In this document: piece by piece, positions 31,359 to 39,934 of the stretch
How the letters are laid out: each line of letters begins with the position of its first letter
Position numbering within the stretch: position 1 is the stretch's first letter
Made by a program: the position numbers and the translations under genes
Notes under the pieces: generated by a model
The model's database searches: none
The model's input: the letters and a program-made list of their open reading frames with translations, nothing else
What the model was told of the DNA's origin: nothing
From: Candidatus Latescibacterota bacterium
GTDB taxonomy: Bacteria > Latescibacterota > UBA2968
Direction: 5' to 3'
Length of the DNA stretch: 64,000 bases
Assembly: GCA_965208125.1 (NCBI GenBank)
Contig: OZ242320.1
Span: forward strand, 1,344,001-1,408,000

Positions 31359-32699
31359 ATGCCCCGGCATAAAGATCACATCTTTCACAGAACCCTGAAA
31401 AAAGAATGGTCGAAGATATCACACGGAGAAGGCATTTACCTGTTCGATACCGAAGGGAAACGCTACCTCGACGCCTGTGCGGGCGTGCATGTGGTCAGTA
31501 TCGGCCACGGGGTCAAAGAGATCGCAGATGTCATGGCCAAACAGGCTGAGAAGGTCTGTTTTACCTACGCCCGGTTCCTCACCCAGCCCCAGATCGACCT
31601 ATCAGACAGGATCGCCAGCCTCACGCCAGACGACCTGAACCGGGTCTTCTTCGTTTCCGGAGGGTCCGAAGCCACAGAGTCGGCCATGAAAATCGCCCGA
31701 AAGTACCATATCGCAACCGGCAATCCCGGAAAGTACAGGGTCATCTCCCGGTGGCAGGCCTGGCACGGGAATACGGTTGGCGCCCTCTCCATGTCCGGGC
31801 GGTCGCCCTGGCGCGAGGACTATATTCCCTACCTGCTGAATTTCCCCCATATCCCGCCGCCCTACCCCTACCGATGCGCCTACTGTAAGGACCACTCGGA
31901 ATGCCAGCTCCACTGCGCAGAAGAACTGGAGCGGGTTATCAAACAGGAGGGGAGCGAGTCGATCTCCGCCTTTATCGCCGAACCGATTCTCGGCACCTCC
32001 GCCGCCGGTGTGACCCCTCCTCAGGACTACTACCCTCTCATTCGGGAAATCTGTGACCGGCACAATATCCTGATGATCGTCGATGAAGTCGTCACTGGCT
32101 TTGGCAGGACAGGCCGCAACTTTGGCATCGAACACTGGGATGTGATCCCCGACATTATAGCGACCGGAAAAGGATTGAGCAGCGGCTATACGCCCATAGC
32201 CGCAACCGTCGTCCACGAAAAGATCTACGACGCCATCTACAGGGAATCCGTCTCATTTGTACACGGACACACCTATGGCGGAAACCCCCTTTCCTGCGCC
32301 ACGGCCCTGGCCGTGCAAAACTACATTCAGACCCATGATCTGGTATCGAACTGCGCCCGGATGGGCGACCTGATGCTGGAAAAACTCATGCCTCTGCAGG
32401 ACCTGCCGATCGTCGGAGGCATACGCGGGAAGGGCCTGCTGATCGGCATCGAATTCGTGGCCGACAAATCCACGCGTGCCCCTTTCGACCTCTCAAAAGG
32501 GGTGACCGCAAGGATCGTGGATTTGGCTCTCGAAAAAGGGGTACTGGTCATGCCCGGAGCTCCCGGCCTGGTCGATGGTATCGAAGGCGACCATATCGCC
32601 ATCAGTCCTCCTTTCACCATCACCGAAACGGAAGTACAGCACGTTGTCGATGTGATAGGTGAAACCATTGAGGAGATCTCGGCACAGCTATGCGAGTAG
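31359..32699 (+). CDS. Class III PLP-dependent aminotransferase
   Basis: SGGSEATE, FIAEP, DEVVTGFGRTG, GKGLSSGY, HGHTYGG. Confidence 0.95.
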   Translation: MPRHKDHIFHRTLKKEWSKISHGEGIYLFDTEGKRYLDACAGVHVVSIGHGVKEIADVMAKQAEKVCFTYARFLTQPQIDLSDRIASLTPDDLNRVFFVSGGSEATESAMKIARKYHIATGNPGKYRVISRWQAWHGNTVGALSMSGRSPWREDYIPYLLNFPHIPPPYPYRCAYCKDHSECQLHCAEELERVIKQEGSESISAFIAEPILGTSAAGVTPPQDYYPLIREICDRHNILMIVDEVVTGFGRTGRNFGIEHWDVIPDIIATGKGLSSGYTPIAATVVHEKIYDAIYRESVSFVHGHTYGGNPLSCATALAVQNYIQTHDLVSNCARMGDLMLEKLMPLQDLPIVGGIRGKGLLIGIEFVADKSTRAPFDLSKGVTARIVDLALEKGVLVMPGAPGLVDGIEGDHIAISPPFTITETEVQHVVDVIGETIEEISAQLCE

Positions 32700-32732
32700 G
32701 CACAAAAAAAATTCTCGGCCTGGAGAGGGAAT

Positions 32733-34334
32733 ATGACAGAAACAGCCCATCGGATCCTCTATGTGAGCGACCCATCCACGATCGCACGCACTGTATTGCC
32801 CGACCCAGTAAGAGAAGCGGACCTGCGCAAATGGGTGGATATGGTCGCGGACAGCGGAATAGATATATTCAATCAGGAGATATTCTCTCAAGGATGGACG
32901 GCCTACTGGCAATCCGCACACTATGAATACGACCAGCGCCCTCAGCACCAGCGGTTCAGACCGTTAATCGAAGCGGGCACACAGCCTTTGGACATCCTCA
33001 TCGACCAATCGCACCAACGCGGCATGCAATTTATCGCTGGCTTCCGCATGAATGACGGCCATGCCGCACACAACCGCAAACAGGGCGTTGGCATTGCCGA
33101 ATATATTGAATCCAACCCACATCTGCGGTTGCACGACCCGCGCCCCGGGCAGAACTACCAGGAACCAGAAGCACTCGACTTTACACATCGTGAAGTTCGA
33201 GAATTCACCTATGGCATCGTAGAAGAAGCCGCCTGCGGTTTTGACATCGACGGTGTAGAACTGTGTTTTCGAGACACGGCCTACTTCCCCCCGCACCATG
33301 CTGCCGAACGCGCACACCTCCTGACAGATCTCATACAAAATATCCGCACGCGACTGAATGAACACAGCAAAGAAACCGGCAAAAAACTCATATTTGGCGC
33401 GCGCATTTACGCAACGCCGGCAGAATGCGCGAGTCAGGGTCTGGACATTTGCAATTGGATACAGAATGGATTACTCGACTACATCAGCCCTCAAGACACG
33501 ATGTATGCCGACCACAATTTGCCCTATTCGGAATGGTCGGCACTAACCCGGGAAACAGAGTGCCTGCTCTACCCTGGCCTGCTTCCGTGGAACAGCTACC
33601 GCGCGCGCTACCGCCTCGGACGCATCCCCTTAAGCCCCGCCACCTGCCGCGCACTCGCACACACCATGTACGGCGCCGGTGCAAATGGCATATCGATCTA
33701 CAACCATTTTGTGCCTTCCGTATGGCAACCGCCTTTTTATCCCCAGGGCCTGCAAGTCTTCCACCAGCTCCGCGACCCCGAGCGCGTCGCGCGCGGCGAA
33801 CGGCACTACATCTTCGATCCCACCTGGGACGGATTCAGCGGTTTTGGAGCCAATGGCAGATGCAGCACTGGCGTAACCAACGCACAACAACTTCGACTAT
33901 CGCGCAGCGACCAGCGCCCCACGGGTGAATTTCGCTTTCAACTCTTCGAAAACCTGCAACACGCGCATTGCGCGACACTCCTCTTTCGGGGATTTGGCCT
34001 GACCGGGAGCGATGAACTGGGCGTGCGTCTCAACGGCCATGCCATCCCCGACGAAGCCATCGGACGCACCGCATCTTCTGATCGCGTCACAACCGTAGAT
34101 TCGACACGGGAAAAAGACGGCAGAAACATACCCTGTACCGCACAGGGCGGACGGATCGAATTTCGCGCACTCGCGGAAAAACCCGTCTTTTCCACGCGCT
34201 GGTTTGCGCTCTCAGACCCGCTCGTCGAACGCGGTGACAACTACCTGTTCATCACACTCACCAAAAGCGACCCCAAAGCCACATCTCCCACAATTGTAAT
34301 CGACGAAGTAGAGATATTCGTCGAACCGCAGTGA
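32733..34334 (+). CDS. Hypothetical TIM-barrel protein, glycoside hydrolase-like (GHL10/DUF187-like)
   Basis: FRMNDGH, LDFTHREVR, DIDGVELCF, GLDICNWIQNGLLDY. Confidence 0.6.
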   Translation: MTETAHRILYVSDPSTIARTVLPDPVREADLRKWVDMVADSGIDIFNQEIFSQGWTAYWQSAHYEYDQRPQHQRFRPLIEAGTQPLDILIDQSHQRGMQFIAGFRMNDGHAAHNRKQGVGIAEYIESNPHLRLHDPRPGQNYQEPEALDFTHREVREFTYGIVEEAACGFDIDGVELCFRDTAYFPPHHAAERAHLLTDLIQNIRTRLNEHSKETGKKLIFGARIYATPAECASQGLDICNWIQNGLLDYISPQDTMYADHNLPYSEWSALTRETECLLYPGLLPWNSYRARYRLGRIPLSPATCRALAHTMYGAGANGISIYNHFVPSVWQPPFYPQGLQVFHQLRDPERVARGERHYIFDPTWDGFSGFGANGRCSTGVTNAQQLRLSRSDQRPTGEFRFQLFENLQHAHCATLLFRGFGLTGSDELGVRLNGHAIPDEAIGRTASSDRVTTVDSTREKDGRNIPCTAQGGRIEFRALAEKPVFSTRWFALSDPLVERGDNYLFITLTKSDPKATSPTIVIDEVEIFVEPQ

Positions 34335-34378
34335 AGACCCAAAGCTCTGCACTTCAGATTATAAGGAGGAATTGTGTG

Positions 34379-35194
34379 ATGAAAGTTCTGATCATGTGTG
34401 ACATGGAAGGCGTAAGCGGCATCGTCGTGTGGGAGCAGGTCAGCGGCGGGGCGGCCATGTACGAAGAGGGTCGCAAGCTGTATACCGAAGAGATCAACGC
34501 CGCTGTGCGCGGCGCCAAGGCCGCCGGGGCTACGCAGGTCGTCGTGGTTGACTGTCACGGCGCCGGAAAGGGGTGGACGTTCAACTCCCTGATCCCTGAC
34601 CGGCTCGACCCCGACTGTGAATGGGTCGCCCACCACGCATGGGGCCGCTATACCGAAATGTGGGAAAACGGATGCGACGCCTGCCTGCTCATCGGCATGC
34701 ACGCCCGCAACAACACGCCGGATGGGGTGCTGAGCCATACCATCTCGGGCGTGAAATACAGGAACCTCTGGTTCAACGACGATCTGGTCGGCGAAACCGG
34801 CGTCAACGCCGCTCTCAACGGGCACTACAACGTACCGGTTGTGCTCGTCACTGGCGATGAGGCAGTCTGCCGGGAGGCGCGGGAACTGCTCGGCGACCGC
34901 CTCCCGACCGTCGCTGTGAAAAAGGGACTTAGCCGATTCAGCGCCCGCCAGATCGCACCGGCCCGCGCCCGTCAGATGATCGAAGACGGCGTCCGAAACG
35001 CCCTGCAAGATCTCACCGTCACCCGCCCCTATGTGCCGGATAAACCGACGACGATCAAGATAGAAGTCGGTAGCGTAGAAAAACTCGCCGATTTCAAGGG
35101 CCGTCCGGGCATCGAAATCACCGGCCCCCTGACCGCCGAAAGCAGAGCGGCAGACTGGATGGCGGCCTGGAACCGGTTCTGGCCCTTTCCCTAA
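34379..35194 (+). CDS. M55 D-aminopeptidase (DppA family)
   Basis: CDMEGVSG, VDCHG, GMHA, LSHT, GETG, VTGD. Confidence 0.93.
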   Translation: MKVLIMCDMEGVSGIVVWEQVSGGAAMYEEGRKLYTEEINAAVRGAKAAGATQVVVVDCHGAGKGWTFNSLIPDRLDPDCEWVAHHAWGRYTEMWENGCDACLLIGMHARNNTPDGVLSHTISGVKYRNLWFNDDLVGETGVNAALNGHYNVPVVLVTGDEAVCREARELLGDRLPTVAVKKGLSRFSARQIAPARARQMIEDGVRNALQDLTVTRPYVPDKPTTIKIEVGSVEKLADFKGRPGIEITGPLTAESRAADWMAAWNRFWPFP

Positions 35195-35340
35195 ACAGAA
35201 ATCGGTGTAGCCCCCGTCGCAAACTGGCATACGGTTAACCGAAAGCGGCACGAAGTTGCCCGATACCCACCTCAGAAAACGATTTCTATGCCCACCAATC
35301 CGTTCAATTCTAAGGGCTTTTCAAAGTGTACTTGCAGAAT

Positions 35341-35778
35341 CTACTGGCAATCAGGAATTTCAAATTCTCCAATATACATCTGGGCCAGTTTCTTGCGCAG
35401 TTTGGGAATCGCGCCTCCGACCGTCTTTCCACCGCGCGACTTACCAAACAGGTGTTGGCTCACGCTGGGAACTGAGATGCCGAGTTGTTGGGAAATTTCG
35501 TGTTCGGTCATTTTCCTGAAAAAGTAAAGGTGTACTATTTCCCTTTGTCTGGGGGTAAGAACCTCATCCATCAGCTTGAGAACTAGCGGTATTAATCGGG
35601 ATGTCCACTCACGCTGACGAAATCGTGCCTGGACATCTTCCTCTGTCTCGTAGTGCGGATTCTGTTCAAGAGAGAATTGTTCAAGGATGTTCTGGTCAAC
35701 CCGAACTTCCCAGAAATCAGGATTGAATTTCGTTCTGCGGGAAAGTCTGGTTTGGGATTTGTTGTAGGATTTGCTCAA
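35341..35778 (-). CDS. Stand-alone sigma-70 region-4-like HTH protein
   Basis: LTPRQREIVHLYFFRKMTEHEISQQLGISVPSVSQHL; TTG start at 35778 after GGAGG. Confidence 0.8.
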   Translation of the reverse strand: MSKSYNKSQTRLSRRTKFNPDFWEVRVDQNILEQFSLEQNPHYETEEDVQARFRQREWTSRLIPLVLKLMDEVLTPRQREIVHLYFFRKMTEHEISQQLGISVPSVSQHLFGKSRGGKTVGGAIPKLRKKLAQMYIGEFEIPDCQ

Positions 35779-35877
35779 ACCGACACCTCCTGTCACTTCA
35801 GCGGAGAGGGGGTGCCGGGCCAAAAAAACACGGTTGAACAGCCCCTTTCCATTAGAAAAGTGGAAAAGGCCCATCCA

Positions 35878-36030
35878 ACCGTTATTAGCGGCTGGGCTGA
35901 CCAAAGGCGTAATCTTTGGCCTTTATTTTATCAATTTCAATATATCTCAGATACTCTTTGGTGTCAAGACTTTAGGAAGAAAAAGTGCCCTGGCGGGCCC
36001 CTTTTCAGGGCGGCGACCGTTATTAGCGGC
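35878..36030. repeat. 15-bp direct repeat ACCGTTATTAGCGGC x2
   Basis: Exact copies at 35878-35892 and 36016-36030. Confidence 0.85.
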
Positions 36031-36460
36031 CACCTCCCACCAGGGCAATAAACCGTAAAGGTCTTCACCTATACACAAAATATAAGGCACTTTTCAAAGT
36101 CCTATAGTAAAAATTCGAAAAAAAATATAATCATAGGTGTGTTTCTCTACACAACGGATTTCGACCGACAAAAGGGCGCGTATATCCCGGATGTGTTACA
36201 GATTCAGGTACCGCAACCTGAAACGCGTTACCGCATTCAATATCGCGTGCGTCACCATCCCGGCAATCCAGTCGGTGTCAAAGGCAAGGGGTTTTATCAG
36301 AAATGCGCGTAAAACCCACTCGCAGAGAGCTTTAGCGTTGGGTCGCATGGCGAAGGGCTTAGAATTTGCGGGGTGGCTTTAGCTTGGGGATAGTCCTCAA
36401 GGGACTATCGGTGGCGGTGGAGCGGTGTACAAGTGCGCCAGCACTTCATCAACATTTTGC

Positions 36461-36489
36461 TTGACACAAACAGAGCATAAATATATATT
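36461..36489 (+). promoter_or_regulatory. Sigma-70 promoter of tnpB
   Basis: TTGACA-N17-TATATT, with 6 nt between the -10 box and the ATG. Confidence 0.75.
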
Positions 36490-36495
36490 TTTATT

Positions 36496-37621
36496 ATGGT
36501 TAAGTCATTAAAATACAGATTGCGTCCAACCCAAAAGCAAGAACAAATCTTGCTGGCGCATATTGACGAATGTCGTATTCTCTACAACCAACTACTCTGT
36601 GCCAGAATACAAGCATGGAAAAATGAGAATAAGTCTCTCTCGCAATATGACCAGACCAAAACAATACCATTGTTAAAACAACAACACGCCGCATTCAAGC
36701 AAGTATATAGTCAAGTGTTGCAACAAGTATCACAGAGAGTAGATTGGGCATTCAAAGGATTCTTTCGTCGCATCAAACAGAAAGAAAAGACGGGCGAGAA
36801 ATCTGGCTTTCCCAGATACAAGGGTCAGAATCGCTATGATTCTATCACCTATCCCTCAGTTTGCCAATGGATGTCGATTGGACAACAAGGGTTTGCGATT
36901 GGGCAGTATTGGTTGCATTCGCATTGTCCAGCACAGGCCACTTGAGGGTATCCCTAAGTCTTGCACAATCACACGCACAGCAACAGGCAAATGGTTTGTA
37001 TCTATCTCTTGCGATATTGGCGAAAAAGATAAGAAACCAAACACTAACTCTGCTGTTGGCATTGACGTGGGTCTCAATTCCTTTGCGGTCACCAGTGACG
37101 GACAGAAAATAGAGAATCAGAGATTTTTTCGCAAAGAGGAAAAAACCCTTGCCAGAGCACAGCGCAAATGGGACGCGGTGAAAAAAAGACCCAAGACCGA
37201 CGCCACAAAAGAAAAACGTCGTAAAGTCATTGCCAGAGTGCATGAGCGTATCCGTAATAAGCGACATAACTTTGCTCATCAAGAATCAAGAAAAATGGTC
37301 AATCGTCACAATTTCATAGCCGTCGAGAAATTGGACGTTAAAGAGATGCAGAAGAACAAGCGATTGTCTAAATCAATAGCAGACGTAGCATGGTCCCTGT
37401 TTCGGCACTGTCTCAAATACAAAGCGGAAGAAGCTGGTATTGGATTCAAAGCCGTCAAGCCTGACTATACGTCACAAGATTGCTCTGCATGCGGACATAG
37501 AGAGAAGAAAGCACTTTCTGATCGTGTGCATCATTGCAAGGCGTGTGGCTATACGACGGACAGAGACCACAATGCTGCGATAAACATATTGACGTTGGGG
37601 CTACAACGTCAGGCGGATTGA
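36496..37621 (+). pseudogene. tnpB: TnpB RNA-guided nuclease with a +1 frameshift at about 36853
   Basis: HTH KYRLRPT..CRILYN; RuvC GIDVG, AVEKL, DRDHNAAINI; zinc finger CSACG..CKACG; split into two ORFs at TAT-CCC-TCAG. Confidence 0.92.
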
Positions 37622-37658
37622 CCGCCAAGAAGCTCAACTGCTCTATCGTTGGGAGTAG

Positions 37659-39893
37659 TCACCGATAATTGTCCTGGTAGGGATTTGCCCCATGGAACGC
37701 ACTGTAAAGCGGCTGCCAATCCCAGCTCGGGCCCACATCCCGTGTGGTTAGAGGACGATTCAGGTCTAACTTATCTCCCAGATCCCTGAGGTCCATGAGC
37801 TTGTAAAGAGGATGTCCTTTGTCGATAAGTTTATCTTTTTGCTTGTGGACAACTCCATAGAGATCAATGGGAAGCATGTCGTAGTTTGGAACGCGAAAGC
37901 CCGGAGGTATCGCAATAGGCGTAACGAGTAAGCCGTTGTGGTCTCGGCTGACGGCTCCTCGTGAGATAAAGGTAAGTCCTTTCAGGTTTTGAGTTATTTG
38001 TCTTGCGTTTTCTTCTTTGCCGTTGGAGGTATCGTGTTCATAAATTTCTGTCACGGGACTTGAGATGAGATTGGAGATGAACGCGTTTTGTTCCCAGACG
38101 CCATAGTGAACGAGTGAAAAGGTTTTTTGGGGTTTGGAGGTAGCAGCTTCGCGATGGTAAAAGAGATTGCCTATGAAGGTATTGTTGATGGGATGTGTGA
38201 ACTTGAATCGTTCTTCTGGGGGCGTGGTATGGGTATAAGTACCTTGTTGAACTGCCTGTTGTGTCTCGCTGAGTCGTCGTGCGACAAAGTCCCTTCGAGA
38301 ATATTTCCCCATAAAGTTTACAAAAGGCACATCGGCTGGTGCATCAAACGTGTTATAAGCAACACACCAATCGGTAGTGGCACTGTGCCCGCCCTGTGGA
38401 CCCGCTGCGCCTTCACCCATACGAAAGATAGCGATGGTGTTTCCATTGCCCCCAGGTGTATTTCTTCCGTTGACGCGAAAATAGTTGCCGACTATGATGT
38501 GGTTTGTATCCCACCCGATGATGGACATCGCCGCTCGTTGTAAAAAATAGCTGTGAACAATATAAGCATAGCCTCCCCCTCGCAAACTGAGGTATCTGTT
38601 ACAGTCTTCCACCGTGTTGTTGAGCCAGAGAAAACCTCCCATTTTGCCAACAAAGTGTTCTTCATCGCCTTCGCGATTGCCCGCGATTAAATTTGCATCA
38701 AAGATACTCTCGGAATCTCGATTACCAATGCGGCCGAGTCTCGAAAAGCTATTCTCTATATTTTGAAAAAAATTGTGATCAACCCGCACGCTGATGGGAT
38801 TGTTTGTGCCTTGCCCCTGTTCTAGTCCACCAGATCCGACATGGGTGTTATCGAGCAGGATATGAGCCCTGTTGATGAAGGCACAATGGTCAATTCGAGT
38901 AAACCGGGCTACTTTGTCGTTGGCTCTGAGGGAAGTGCCAAGGAGGCCTCCTGTCCACCTATCTGCCTGGCCGCGGGGATAAAAAACACACTCTGTGATG
39001 CGATTGTGATCCCCTCTAATGGTAATCGGCTTGGGATACTGGGTTCTGCCTATTTTAGTATTTGAACTGATATCTTGAAAGATAAACCCATGAAACACAT
39101 TGTGATCGCCTGAGATATCAAAAACAGTGTTTCCCGTAATAATAACCGCCCCAGGGGTGACAGCCCGCAGTTCAAACGTATCGTACCGACTGACGTCCGT
39201 TTTTGAAAACGCAATATGCCCTAAGTCTGTGTAAGTGCCATCTGCAAAAACGATGGTCGCGGGACCCGATACATCCTCTATGACGCTGGCGATATCGTCG
39301 GTGGTGGGAGAAACCGTAACGGTCTGCTTTTTGTAAATTGACACAGTCGTTGAGCCTATTTTATTCCTCGTTTGCGACAGCAACTCTACAACGAGAAAGT
39401 AAGTCTCGTTTTGCCACTCTGCAGGTTCGATTTTCAATCGCACTTCTCCTGTTTTTTCATCGATAGCGAAAGTGGCTGCTTTTTGTTGGTGATCTTCTTG
39501 TGTGGATTCCAAAACGTAATGGTGAACGGCTGCAAGATTCCCTTTGAGAAGAATGACGCCAATGGACTCGCCTGTTTTGGCAAGCGTCGAAACCCCAAAG
39601 AGCGATTCACCTTGAAGATCACTGACGGACCCGGTAGTTCTTTTGCCAAAGCTACTGACAAAAACCAGAAAATCGTCAAATCCAATCGCACCATCGCCAT
39701 TCAGGTCGTATCTTGCCTCATACATCTTTTGACCTTCCTGAGACCCAAACGCGCCTACAAACAACAAAAAGTCGGAAAAATCGACCACACCACTCTCGTC
39801 AAAGTCGGGCGAAGGCACCGCAGACAGCGATTGGATCAACAGCGCGATGAGCACAATTGTAAGCGTTTGTGCTAAACGCATGCGAAGTAGCAT
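37659..39893 (-). CDS. Secreted PL6/chondroitinase-B-like beta-helix lyase with N-terminal EF-hand/dockerin-like pair
   Basis: Signal peptide; DFDESGVVDFSDF and DLNGDGAIGFDDF; FADGTY, TPGAVIITG, RIDHCAF, RVDHNFF, LSLRGG. Confidence 0.72.
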   Translation of the reverse strand: MLLRMRLAQTLTIVLIALLIQSLSAVPSPDFDESGVVDFSDFLLFVGAFGSQEGQKMYEARYDLNGDGAIGFDDFLVFVSSFGKRTTGSVSDLQGESLFGVSTLAKTGESIGVILLKGNLAAVHHYVLESTQEDHQQKAATFAIDEKTGEVRLKIEPAEWQNETYFLVVELLSQTRNKIGSTTVSIYKKQTVTVSPTTDDIASVIEDVSGPATIVFADGTYTDLGHIAFSKTDVSRYDTFELRAVTPGAVIITGNTVFDISGDHNVFHGFIFQDISSNTKIGRTQYPKPITIRGDHNRITECVFYPRGQADRWTGGLLGTSLRANDKVARFTRIDHCAFINRAHILLDNTHVGSGGLEQGQGTNNPISVRVDHNFFQNIENSFSRLGRIGNRDSESIFDANLIAGNREGDEEHFVGKMGGFLWLNNTVEDCNRYLSLRGGGYAYIVHSYFLQRAAMSIIGWDTNHIIVGNYFRVNGRNTPGGNGNTIAIFRMGEGAAGPQGGHSATTDWCVAYNTFDAPADVPFVNFMGKYSRRDFVARRLSETQQAVQQGTYTHTTPPEERFKFTHPINNTFIGNLFYHREAATSKPQKTFSLVHYGVWEQNAFISNLISSPVTEIYEHDTSNGKEENARQITQNLKGLTFISRGAVSRDHNGLLVTPIAIPPGFRVPNYDMLPIDLYGVVHKQKDKLIDKGHPLYKLMDLRDLGDKLDLNRPLTTRDVGPSWDWQPLYSAFHGANPYQDNYR

Positions 39894-39934
39894 ATTAAAT
39901 TCCTTCTACGGAGCCTGACCTCGTATAACCCGCC

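Larger units (their letters stand above)
36450..37662 (+). mobile_element. IS200/IS605-family tnpB-only (IS1341-like) element; left end inferred
   Basis: tnpB followed by a typical right end GAAGCTCAAC...GTTGGGAGTAGTCAC; no tnpA; left end placed after TTCAT. Confidence 0.75.

Noticed and set aside
36836-36945. Programmed ribosomal frameshift in tnpB
   Set aside because: No slippery sequence or stimulatory structure seen; a single-base insertion explains the split.
35341-37662. Sigma-like gene next to TnpB as an RNA-guided transcription system (dCas12f-sigmaE or TldR type)
   Set aside because: TnpB keeps all RuvC catalytic residues and a normal IS right end, is frameshifted, and is divergent from the HTH gene, which lacks sigma region 2. 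Chance adjacency is the simpler explanation.
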